DNA of 63,796 nt, counting the filler, from Klebsormidium nitens (Eukaryota > Plantae > Klebsormidiophyceae), in the NCBI GenBank assembly GCA_000708835.1. It is 5 parts of 5 records of this genome, joined end to end, with 100 filler letters (N's around TTAATTAATTAA, not from the genome) between each part and the next. Parts side by side here need not be neighbours in the genome. Positions count along the whole stretch, not along the records: positions 1 to 24,433 come from DF237853.1; positions 24,534 to 46,715 come from DF237161.1; 3 more parts are not named here. One strand, given 5' to 3'. How positions within the stretch are numbered: the first letter of the stretch is position 1; each line of letters opens with the position of its first letter. Position numbers and translations under genes: made by a program. Below the pieces are notes generated by a model, which saw nothing but the letters and a program-made list of their open reading frames with translations, was not told the DNA's origin and ran no database searches. Below are positions 18,577-29,172 of this stretch, piece after piece.

Positions 18577-21500
18577 TCAAGCATTCTCTAGCGCTGCGAT
18601 TCTGGCAGCAAGTGATGCCACCAAGTCTCTGAGGACTTGAATCTCCTCGTCTTTCTGTCCGCGGAGTTCCTTGAAGGCTTCGACCACGTTCGCGTGGAAG
18701 GCTGTCCCAATGCCGTATGATTTAACTCCATCTGGGCACAGCTCCGCTTCTTCTGGGCACTGTGCCTCTCCCGAACATGACAACTCTGGGAAGTCCTCTT
18801 CGATCTCCTGGGCGATGAAACCAATCACGTTCTTGTCCCCGTTATGGGCTTCTGGGTACTTATAGTCGAAGATGCGGCCGGTCATCCCACATATCCTGTC
18901 CAGGGCCCCGGTGATGGGCCGGATGTTGGTTTTGACGCGCTCGTCGGAGCTTATTGCTGCAATTGCCGTGTTCTGAGCGTAGATCTGGCCGGCGTTGCTG
19001 AAAAAGACACGCCTGGTGAAGAATGACGTCGTGTATTGGCTTGCGGTCCCACTGCTCTGTTGGTAGAAACTGAGGTTGTAGCCTCCCGTGGTCATCTTCC
19101 ACTTTGCATTGACGATGTCGTCGAGGACGAAACCGGCCCCTGCAGTGCCAGACCCCAGGATGAGAGTATTGTCGTCGGCGTTGGGGTTGGCAAACATATG
19201 GTAGGGCGCCAGGGGCGTAAACGCCGAAGTGGAGCTGGCCGTGAAGCCGGCATTGCCCGTGCTGTAGCGCGTACCGCTGAAGTACTGGTTCCTCCAGGCC
19301 AGAGCAGAGGTGCCCACATCATAGGAGGCGGTGGTTTCAGGATTGACAGCGGTGCATGCAATGGACCCTGCGGAGATGCTATTGCCCTGTGCCGCGATCG
19401 CCCCGCAAGTGATGTTCCCGGAGGTTAGGGCGCCTGTCACTCTTGCTGTCCCAGAGACGTCCAGGTTATAAGAGGGGTTCGTATTGTTGATCCCGACCTG
19501 TGCGCTCGTGTTGATGGTGATGGCCGATGTGGTAAAGACCGCACTGTTCGCTGCAGCGACGCCCGCCACGAACCGCAGCGTTCCCCCCATCTTGCGGATC
19601 CCAAACGAACCGGTCGACGAGGCGCTCGTATCAGACCCATTGTACCACATGTCAAAGAAGAGCGCGATGTTGTCGTGTGTCCAGTTGAACTGCTGGAACA
19701 TGGGATAGTTGTCTGCTGCAGAGTACGCATATGAGCTAGCCATGCCCGACAGACTGCTGTCGGCTTTGTTCTTGGTAACGAGACCCGACGACGAAGTGAG
19801 AGTGCCGCAGGAGATGGCGCCCGAATTTGCGGAACCAGTCAGGACCGCACTCCCGTTGTAAGTGAAACTGTTGAAGGAAGTCGTCATCGTGCTGTACTCG
19901 TTGACCTGTCCTAGGACGCTCATGACGGACGGCGTGACGATGTTCCCAGATGGCGTGACATCCCCGTCTGTAGGCTCGTAGCTCGTAACATTGGTCCCCG
20001 CGGCTTCGACGCTGAGGTCCCAGCAGACGAACGACTGGATGGTGTGGATATATATGTTGAAGCTGCTGTCAGCTTCCATGACCACCGCGATGTCCACAGC
20101 TGCCTTCGCACTGGCTACGCCTCCGTATGCGCTGCCGCGAACCGAGTACAAACTGCGCGAAGAGATGGTACAATCGATGACCGCCATCTGGTCTGATCCA
20201 AACCCGCCTATGGCGCCGGAGATGTGGACGCTACCACCGTTGGCCCCGCTGGAGGCCGCTAAAATGGAGGCAATCCTATAGTACTTCCCTGAATTGCCGT
20301 ATACGTTCTGCGTCATCGCATTCCAATGCTTTCTCGGCAATCCCGAGTACGATGAGGCCGTCACCTTGCCGGTGAGCATGGCGTTCCTCCAGTAGTTTCC
20401 GTCGGATCCAATGTCATTCGTGCCATGGTCGACGGGCAAGAGCAGGCTGCTAAAGATCGTGCCGCAGGCGATCCCGCCGCCCCCTGTGTCCACAAAATTG
20501 CCGTTCGTCGAGACGGCGCCGCTTGTGGACAAGCTCCCGCATGAGAGTGCCCCGGTGTATCGCCCCGTTCCGGAGACATCTAGGGTATACTGCGGCGAGG
20601 CCGTGCATATGCCGAAGTTTCCGTTGGCGCAGATGTTGAAGGATCCCGTTCCGACACTCTTCCCTTGAATCCCGTACGCCGCATAATTGGACGACGATCC
20701 AGCACCTCCTGCGTTCATGAATAGATACCAAGCGGCGTTGTTCGCTGCGCTCGATACACCAAAGTAACTTACGTTGAAGTTCCCGGTCGCCAGCGCCGAC
20801 GCATAGTTCGTCGACGCGATAGCGCTCCCAGCGCCCGACGATGTAAGGTTGAGGCCCGTGCACGTGACAATTCCGCCGGAGATACTTCCTCCCACCGTGA
20901 GCGCAGATCCCTTCGTGAGGAACTTGTTCGACCCGCACAAAGTATTGAAACTGTTGGACGACAGCACAGAGGCCAGCGTGGAATCCGCCGTCATGAGCTG
21001 CGCATTTGTGGGTGCGTAAGCGAGGGCGAACGCCGTACTCGGATAGATGGTCAGCCCGTTGCCCTCAAATTGCGTGCACGTGACGTCCAGGCTCATCGTC
21101 ATATAGGTCATTGCCTGCTTGGCGTAGACGTATAGCGCCGTCCCGCTATTGTCCACGTACAGGGCGATATCGAACTGACCGCTCGCAAACGGATCGTTGG
21201 CGCCGTCGGCCGAGTCCAGGGTCAGCGAGGCGTTGAAACTCGGATTCTGTGTGTGGAAGCCGATATTGGCGGTGAAACGGACTGGGCTACTAACGCATGC
21301 AAGGGTCCCCACCACGGTAATCGCCCCAGAGACGTAACTTCCGTTGGTGAGGAAGGTCGCGAGCTTATACCACGCTGGGGTTGAGTATGACGGGCTCGCA
21401 GTGACGGTCAACGTCCGTTTAACAAAGGAACCTCCCGTGAGGGTGTTCGTCGTCCCGGAGAACGCCCCGGCGCCGGACACGGAGCCGGTTCCCGCATTGA

Positions 21501-24270
21501 CATTCGAATTATTTGTAGAGATGGGACCACAATCCAAAGCGGATAGATAAGCGGTGCCTGTCACCCGTACAGACGATGATCCGATCCCCCCTTTGATGAA
21601 AAGGTTTCCGCTGTCCCCAGCAATTGACATAAGACACTGCTCGGACGAGTTCTCCCAGATGAAACCTGTTGTCGAGCTATTGAAAACTCGATTGCGGATG
21701 TGGTAGGATGTCCTACTGTCCAACGAGGCGCACGCACTTCCGTTTGCACCGGACTTGTTAGCACCCGACCCGCACATGTAGCCTTTCCAATTTGCATCAC
21801 CGGATGCCCAATAGTGGATGCCCCTGCTTGCCCCTGAATCGGTCGAATCGTTTATGGTGACGATCCCGGGCATCGAGACGCCCTGCCCGGCCCCGGTGGT
21901 GAGCCCACCCGATACTCCAAGCGACCCCGTACACGAAATGGCTCCCGTGTTGAGAGTTCCCGACGAGTTTATCGAGACGGCGCTGGTGCCAAGACTGGAG
22001 GACGTGGAGCCGACGTAGAATGTGTGCGCCCCGCCGGTCTGGTACGCCATGATAGCATTTGAAGCGCCTATCCCATACCAACTTCCTGTAGAGGTGTACA
22101 ATCCGAGCTGTTTGTTGCCGCCTGTTTGCCCAAAGTCCAGGGAACACGTCGGAGCCGCGGTGCCGATGCCCACGTAGCTGTTGGCCTGCGCTATGGATGT
22201 GGTGGAGGCGTACGCATAAGTCGCCCAGTTGGCGTCGGTATATTGCGCGTTCGCCACGGTACTCGTTACCGTGGGTATGTCCCCTTGCGAGTACGTCGCC
22301 GAGAGGGTGAGCGTGACGGTTGAGGCGACGCTAGGTGAGGAGTGGACGAGCCGCAGCTTGGTGGTAGATCCATTTCCCGAAATTTGGAGCTCGTACTCGT
22401 CCGGGTTGCCGTTGTAGGCGCTCAGCGGCATGCATCTGCGCCAGGCGGAGGTCGTTAGATTGTGGCCGGCCGCGAACGAGTATTTCTTCACCATCGTCTG
22501 GAACGATCCGGAAGTGGCTACCGTGACGTCGAACGCCACGGAGCCGGTAGTCCCGACGAACGTGACGATGTCCCTGACCCCATTCGCCGTGGTGTCAAAA
22601 GTGGCCGTGTATGACCGCAGTGTTCGTCCCGGAGCTATCACGTTGCCGCAGTCGACGTCGTTCAAGTACGCGGTTCCGCCGACGCGCACGGTGCTGGAAC
22701 CTATGGTGCCCTTGATGAACAGGTTGCCGGTGTCTCCGGTGAGGGACAATGATCAGGCACTGCTCGCTCGCATTCTCCCAAAGGAAACCATAAGTAGACG
22801 AGGCGCCCACGCGGTTTCGGAGATGGTGAGAGGTTCGGCCATCCAGCGAGGCGCAAGTTGTGCCAGTAAGTGTGCTCTTGCTTGCTCCAGCCGTTGTCAT
22901 GTAGGTGGCCCAGTCTGAGTTGCCTGCGTCCCACCACCGCGCACCTCTCGCGACTCCGCTGTCGGTCTGATTTTTGACAACCAGAATCCCAGGCATATTG
23001 TTCGTTAGTCCTGATGTACTGCTCACACTCGACCCGCTCAATGCACTAGAGAACGTGCCACTCGTGGCACTGATCGCCTGACCGACATAGGAACCCGTCG
23101 AGTGGTTTAGGGTAACCTGATTGTTGGCCAGGGTCACGTTGCCGGTTGCCAGATCCAATATGAAGGGCCTGAGTGCGTTGAAAGAGCCCGACGAGTCGTT
23201 CGACGATGTTGCCAACATGTAGTAGCTCATACCGTCCGAGTAGCTGACAAAGCCTCGAGCACCCTGTGTGCACTGCGAGAATACGCTAGCGCTCGTCTTC
23301 ACGGTCGTCGCAGAGACGGCCCCACTGTACGTGCCAGTAGTTCCGCTCACGGCCCCCGAGAAAGTTCCAGTAGTTCCGGAGATTGCGCCCGAGAACGTCC
23401 CCGAAGCAGCATTGAGAGCGCCTGTACTGCCTATGGTTGCAGCCACTTGCTCAAACGCAGGAACCCCACTGTAGGAGACAAACTCCCAGCCGCCCCCTCC
23501 CGTCCCCCTTGCGTTCGCCAGGGTCGTCATCCCCAAACCACCGTTCCTGTTCCACGTTAAGTATGCACCCTGCTGGGTTGGTGCAGCGAAACCCCCGCTG
23601 AGTATCGGTCCCGGTGAATACACGCTCGAGAAGATTGCCGCCCCGCCCCCTATGTTTCCACAATTGAGTGTGCCGGTTGTGGCGATGTTGGTGGACCCAA
23701 ACGCCCCCACGATAAATGAGCCCGTGGTGATCTTGGAGGCATCCAAGTTTGGGATGTTGTTGGTAGCCAGGCTTCCACTGATAGCCGCAGCACCGATGGA
23801 TGATGTTGGGAAGCTGACCGTTCCACCTGCGATGGTGAGACCATTCGTAGCTCTCAAACCACCCGTGACGTCCAGGGCACAAGATGGATTGGTATTTGCG
23901 ATTCCAACATTGAAAGTGGCATCGTTGAAAAAGAGTGGGCCGCCGAAAGAATTTGCACCAATTTCGCTCTGATCGTAGGCTAAGCTGGCTGCCGGTATAT
24001 CCTGCTGAGCAATTGTTCCGGCGCCGGTGGTCGACCACTGCACTCTCAGAGCCTCCCCCCCACCCGTCTGCGTATGGAAGATGTACAGCGGCTTCCAGCC
24101 AGTGGATGCGAACGTGTAATTCTGGCTGGTCTGTGTGCCGGTATAAGAATTTTGGGCGATCACCAATGCGCCGTCGATGTATATATATGTGGTGTCATCC
24201 TGGATGTGTGACGGTTGGACAGGGTTTACACGCTGCCTGTCTACTTCACATGTGCGGAAACCATGCGAAG
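18577..24270 (-). pseudogene. Giant fibre/adhesin: PA14-like N-terminus, tail-fibre-like repeats and C-terminal peptidase S74 chaperone; 4-nt insertion at 22748-22751
   Basis: QDDTTYIYIDG..GGEALRVQW (PA14-like) upstream of ORF 22595..24166; SDERVKTNI..GFIAQE plus a coiled coil at the C-terminus. Deleting CATT restores EQCLMSLTGDTGNL, matching the internal repeat EQCLMSIAGDSGNL. The true start is not found. Confidence 0.85.
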
Positions 24271-24433
24271 CTTTTCAGCACGCCTTGGGATCACCTCAGC
24301 AAGAGCGCCTCTCAGAAAAATTGCGTCTTCTTGCCTTCTTCCCAAAGACTGATTAGTTAGGACTCACGAAGAGGCTCCATATTCAGTCAAAGAGTCTCGA
24401 GACTCGCACCTCGCAAGGCACTTGCTTCTTTAC

Positions 24434-24533
24434 NNNNNNNNNNNNNNNNNNNNNNNNNNNNNNNNNNNNNNNNNNNNTTAATTAATTAANNNNNNNNNNN
24501 NNNNNNNNNNNNNNNNNNNNNNNNNNNNNNNNN
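24434..24533. other. Artificial contig spacer (44 N + TTAATTAATTAA + 44 N)
   Basis: Exactly 100 nt with a six-frame stop linker. An identical structure occurs four times. Confidence 0.97.
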
Positions 24534-25540
24534 CGTCACAGGCAGGCACGGTCTCCCGCCGCCAGGACTTAGCCCGGAGGCTTTACGACTCACGCAGCCC
24601 CCTCAGATACCCATCAGCGAGAGCGCCCCTAGCCTTAGACCGAGCACCCTGCCTCCCTAATGCACCTCAGCGACAAAGGCCCGCAGCCCTTGCCCCGACC
24701 TGGCAACGGTGGAACACTAACACAACTGCTACAACCACGCGGCCTGACCCCGCGCCCCAGCCTCACAGGCTGTTCCCCAGGCTGCCCTCCAGGCTGCCGC
24801 ACCGCACCCACTCTTCAACAGAGCGACCCCGCGTGACGCCACACGGTCCCTCACCCCCTCCAGCCTAAACCCAACCTGCCCGTGATTCTTTCTTCTGTGA
24901 ATGCCTTGCGCCACATCCACGCTTCACAGAAGGACCATGGGTATGACTGGAACACATGCGTCTCACCATGCCATCATCGCACCGTAACTTGAGACTTCCT
25001 TCAGGCCATCGTAAAGCTCTCAAGGGTTGCCACTGAAACGCCCTTACAAAGCCTCTGAATGAACAGAAGAAAGAATGAAGCATAGGGCTTCATATTTTCC
25101 CTTATGGTCATGTCCTGTCCCTAGGCTAGGTGCAAATCATGCACTTATTTCAATTATCGTATTTATGCCTCCACTCTAGTTACCAAGTAACTCAGCCGGA
25201 CATAAATACGACATGACGCCATCCAGCCTGACACGCGCTTTGCCGCACCTTTATTGGTTACCGCAACGACTATTGTATTGTCAATATGCAAAGGCAGCCG
25301 AAAACAATCGGCACAGTATAAGTACTGCAAAAAGCTCATGTACGTGGATAGATCCTGTGCAATCAGGGCATCCGGATATTGTGATGCAGCTTGAGAAAAG
25401 TCAGCGAGAGTTGACCGTCTAAGAAGAAACGCCCCATAGCCATAGCTGGAAGACGCCATAGTGGAAAAATCATCCAAGGAAAGAGGTTGAAAGGGATCAG
25501 CTAGTTTGGCCGTCAAATTGTCGCAAAAATGGGATGCCAC

Positions 25541-25924
25541 TGTTGAAAAACGGCGTTGTTGGGAATGATTGATCAAATAATCAAATTTACACAATGTGGA
25601 TCGAATGTCTGGAGTCTAGCGGCGCTAAAGCAATTTAGTCCGTGTCCTATGCTAGACTCGCTCAAGTAGAGTCACACGCCAAGTCTAGGTACCTATATTG
25701 TTAGCCTAGTAGGTTCAGTTGGCCCCGAATAATCAGGTCCAAAAATTTCGCACAAATCTGAGTATCCACAAAGTTACTAATTTAACACCGGTCAATCAAT
25801 AAGTCAATGGGTGTAACGCCGTAACATGCGCTCCTTTTACTTCAACCGCTAACTATTGGTTCTCGTCGCACTACCGTCGACGTCACCCAAGAGATCGGGC
25901 ACAGTAAATGCCCGAATCTCAATA
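25541..25924 (-). mobile_element. Solo LTR of the copia family seen in contig C
   Basis: The reverse complement aligns along the whole 50760..51162 LTR. Ends are TATTG (from TGTTG) and CAACA, flanked by the 5-bp target duplication GCCAC (25536-25540, 25925-25929). Confidence 0.92.
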
Positions 25925-28793
25925 GCCACCAACTCTGATAATTCCAGTATGCCTTAACCGCAGTGTGCCTTAAGATAGGTGCCCGGGGACGGTGGGGTTG
26001 GGTTGATGGTCAGGGTGGGTTGGGGTGCGAAGCGCGTAAGTTTTTCGGTTAGAGTTTTTAGTTTGGTGGCTCGAGATCTGAGGGCACACAAAAGATATAC
26101 CAGTATCAGCTACCATTCGAGATCAAGGCCCATTGCCTTCGAGATGCGGATATGGTTTACGGGGCCGTTTAACGTTCCAATGAGCATCAATTGGGCGACG
26201 CAGATATGTGCGGCCGCGCCATGTACGACCTTGCAAACTCTGTTTACTTTTGCCATTAATCTATTAACCCCTTGCGAGTAATACTAGTACGCCCAAGAGT
26301 GGTTAGGATTAGCGCGGAACTTGCCGCTTGAAGCTTCTTGGACATCAAATGAGCCTGCATGGCGACGGAATTCAATGTGTTACCAAGAAGATCAATCACC
26401 TGGCAAAGGGCGATGTATTTATGCCATTGGGCGCCCGCATATTAACCCTCAATCCCAATCTGCAAAGCAGAGTTCGAAGTGGCCAAAATACGTACCAAGC
26501 CACTGCTTGATTGGAGCAAATGATATTAGAGGACCGTCGACATATACAATAACAATGCAAAAACCGCGCCGAGCTATTATATGCGGATACTGGCTCAAAC
26601 CGAGTTGCTGGTAACCATCAAAGTACAGGTCTTCTAACGAATGCATTGGCAAAAAAAGGCCAGTGTATCTCAGTCATAAGTGTCGATCGGAATGATCAGC
26701 AACTTCGATCAGCAACATCGATATCGCCTTTAACCATATACCCAACTGGGGCTCATCAGCGGAATGGCGCGGTTGACAAATTGAAGCGCAAAGTTCGCCT
26801 TCGTTAGCGCATCATTTAGCGGAGCCGCATCGTTGGCCGTGAGTGATCATGAATGACACAAACCGTCGTTTCGGTCTTAGGGTTGGATCGTGTAGGCACT
26901 GCGTGGGACCGTGTGTACTATAGCTTTGCCAAGTTCTTATATACTAAAGTGTGACTTCAGGCCCGGTGCTTTATATCTAGAGTCTCTCTATTGTCGCTTG
27001 CCTTGGGCCTGAGACGTGATTGGCCGCACAGCAGACAAAATTGCATCAATGGCTTGACTGAAACGCTGGCCTTAAAGGCATTTACTTCCGAATCTGCTAA
27101 ATCATTTATGCAGGCGTGCATGCTGTCCTCTAAGTCAGAAACGAAGCTTGACAATTTGTCATGCTTATTTTGCATGACGGAGCAGCTTTTCTTCAATAGA
27201 GAAGTTGCCTCACTGAGCTAAGGGCAGCTCGCGCGAGCTCTCCTCATCTTTCAAACTTTGCCTTTGCGAAAAGAAAGGCGCTTGTGCACTGAGCTGATGG
27301 TGCAAGGGGGAGGAAAATCTGTCCCCCCGCCCAATCCACCCACTGCGAGCACCTCTTTCTCTTGTGCCCCAGCATGTCCTCTTGCATCGCCTGCTCCGAA
27401 CGTGCTGCCTGTGCCCAAATTGCACAACTTGGGCGCGCGTGCACGCCTGCGTCATCTCGGCGGGCGTGCCGCTGGCCAGCGCGCCAGCCCACATTAGACG
27501 CAACGTGCGCACTTGTTGTCTCGGCGTTGCACGGCTCCGGTCGACAGCTATGCAGAATTGTGAAGACCGGTACTCACTTTGGCGGAGGCAGGTTGTTGTT
27601 GATGCGGCTGGCAAGATCTTCGTCGTCGCTATCGGCTGACGCGGTCTTGCGGTACCGATACATCTCGCTGCAACATGAAGCCAAGTCGGTTGTGGGGAGC
27701 CTCTTATATGGCATGCATGAAACTCTGAAGCTTTCGAGTGGGCAACATATCTGTTCTCTGCTGCTTGGAAACCCTAGACGCATTGGGAAGACGACTTGTA
27801 GATGTTTGCCTTCTCACAGCTTTGCAAATCGTCTGTGTCTCGAAAATGTGGCCTTTTTCTGTTTTCAGTGCCAAGCGCGCAAGCTGGAGAAGACTGATCA
27901 CTCAGGTCAAATCCCGTTCGCAATCCGAGTCCGAGCTCTCAAAGTCGGTTACACTGGAACCGGCTCGTAAGTTCGCGTGGGGGTGCCACTCGTAAGCACA
28001 TCAAATGGCGTCAGTGACCACGAGAGAGCAGTCTCGAACTTTAGCTGTGAGCGTGCAATATGACAGTTAGGCTTTAACGCTGCGTCATGACTCGTTGGCT
28101 CCTACTGTAGCACTCCTAGCACTAGGTGCATAGGTGAGAATCTGGAGACTTGAGGAGATCAGTGGGGGATCTCAGTGGTCGCCGGTTTCGCGCATTGGGC
28201 GCAAGACTGGAGCCGAAGTGGGAGCCAAAGTACTGCGCAGCAGTCTGGATCTGTTTTGATGTCGCCGACGCGCGTGTGAAAATTCGCGACCCGGAATTTC
28301 GTTGACACGCGCGGCCTGCCAGGTCCGTGGCGTACTGGAAGACTGGACTTTTGCAAGCTCGGAAAACGGGAGAAAACCCCATTCGCTTCGCATACGCGAG
28401 AACCCTAATAGTAAAAGCTAGGAAAATAAGTCAAATCTCTAAAAAAGCCTTTAATATATATATTCAAGTGGTGACTTCGGGTTATCTTTCTGCGCCGGCT
28501 AGCGAAGATTTTCTCCGCAGCCAGGCATACTCGAAGGACCTTTAGCCAGATCCATGTGCAGAAAATTCCGAACGGAGGCAGGCCAACCCCTCCGTCCAGA
28601 GAAAGTTGCAAACTACGGGGTTTGACCCGCGGACCTTCGGGCCGACCACAAGTGGAGGCACGTGGCAGTTCTCTAGCCAGCTGAGCTAGCCGAGCCGCGA
28701 GCGCAGAAAGATGCGCTGCACGAAGGACTCGGAAGTTGGTTAGCACAATCGCCGAATTTCACGTCCTAGCCCTGATTAGGCACGGTTGTTCAA

Positions 28794-29091
28794 TACCGTA
28801 GTCCAACGTGATGATTCCGAACGATTTTATTTGGAATTATTTTCCGACAATCCGACCAGAAAAGCGGATTTATTTATGATGATTCCGACAAGAATCCGAA
28901 TGCCCTATGTTCTCACTAGGAAGGGGATTTTGAGGCCGAATTTTGCCGTTTTCGGGCTTCCGAGGACCATTTCAGAAACAATTAACCTTCCCGAGTTTCC
29001 ACTTTCCGAATGCGAAATCCGAATTTCTGACTTTCCGAATGCAGATAATTATTTATTTATTTATTCGGAATCATTACCTTGGACTACGGTA
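28794..29091. mobile_element. MITE, 298 bp, with 28-bp TIRs and an 18-19-bp flanking direct repeat
   Basis: TIRs TACCGTAGTCCAACGTGATGATTCCGAA and TTCGGAATCATTACCTTGGACTACGGTA match at 26/28. TTAGGCACGGTTGTTCAA occurs at 28776-28793 and 29093-29110. Nine TCCGA motifs lie inside. Confidence 0.88.
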
Positions 29092-29172
29092 GTTAGGCAC
29101 GGTTGTTCAATCCCTCCTGCCTAGATTGCCATCCTGCGCAGGGGCGCCATTCGAGCAGGGGGGTTAGCCACG

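Larger units (their letters stand above)
1..24433. mobile_element. Giant-virus (Nucleocytoviricota)-derived contig, probably an endogenous viral element
   Basis: Compact, nearly intronless genes on both strands with abutting or overlapping ends. The gene set is typical of NCLDV accessory genes: cap MTase, Nudix, RNase III, OTU, patatin, RNR R1, MC1-like, IS607-Fanzor2, S74 fibre. Many frameshifts and nonsense codons plus one spliceosomal intron suggest host residence. No capsid, polymerase or host flank is present in this contig. Confidence 0.82.

Noticed and set aside
24433-24534. Virus-host integration junction
   Set aside because: The boundary is an artificial spacer.
25440-25535. Weak similarity to the reverse complement of 51880-51980
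   Set aside because: Short and patchy; cannot be told from chance by eye.
26280-28120. Decayed coding fragments (possible old transposon ORFs)
   Set aside because: No diagnostic motif could be recognised.
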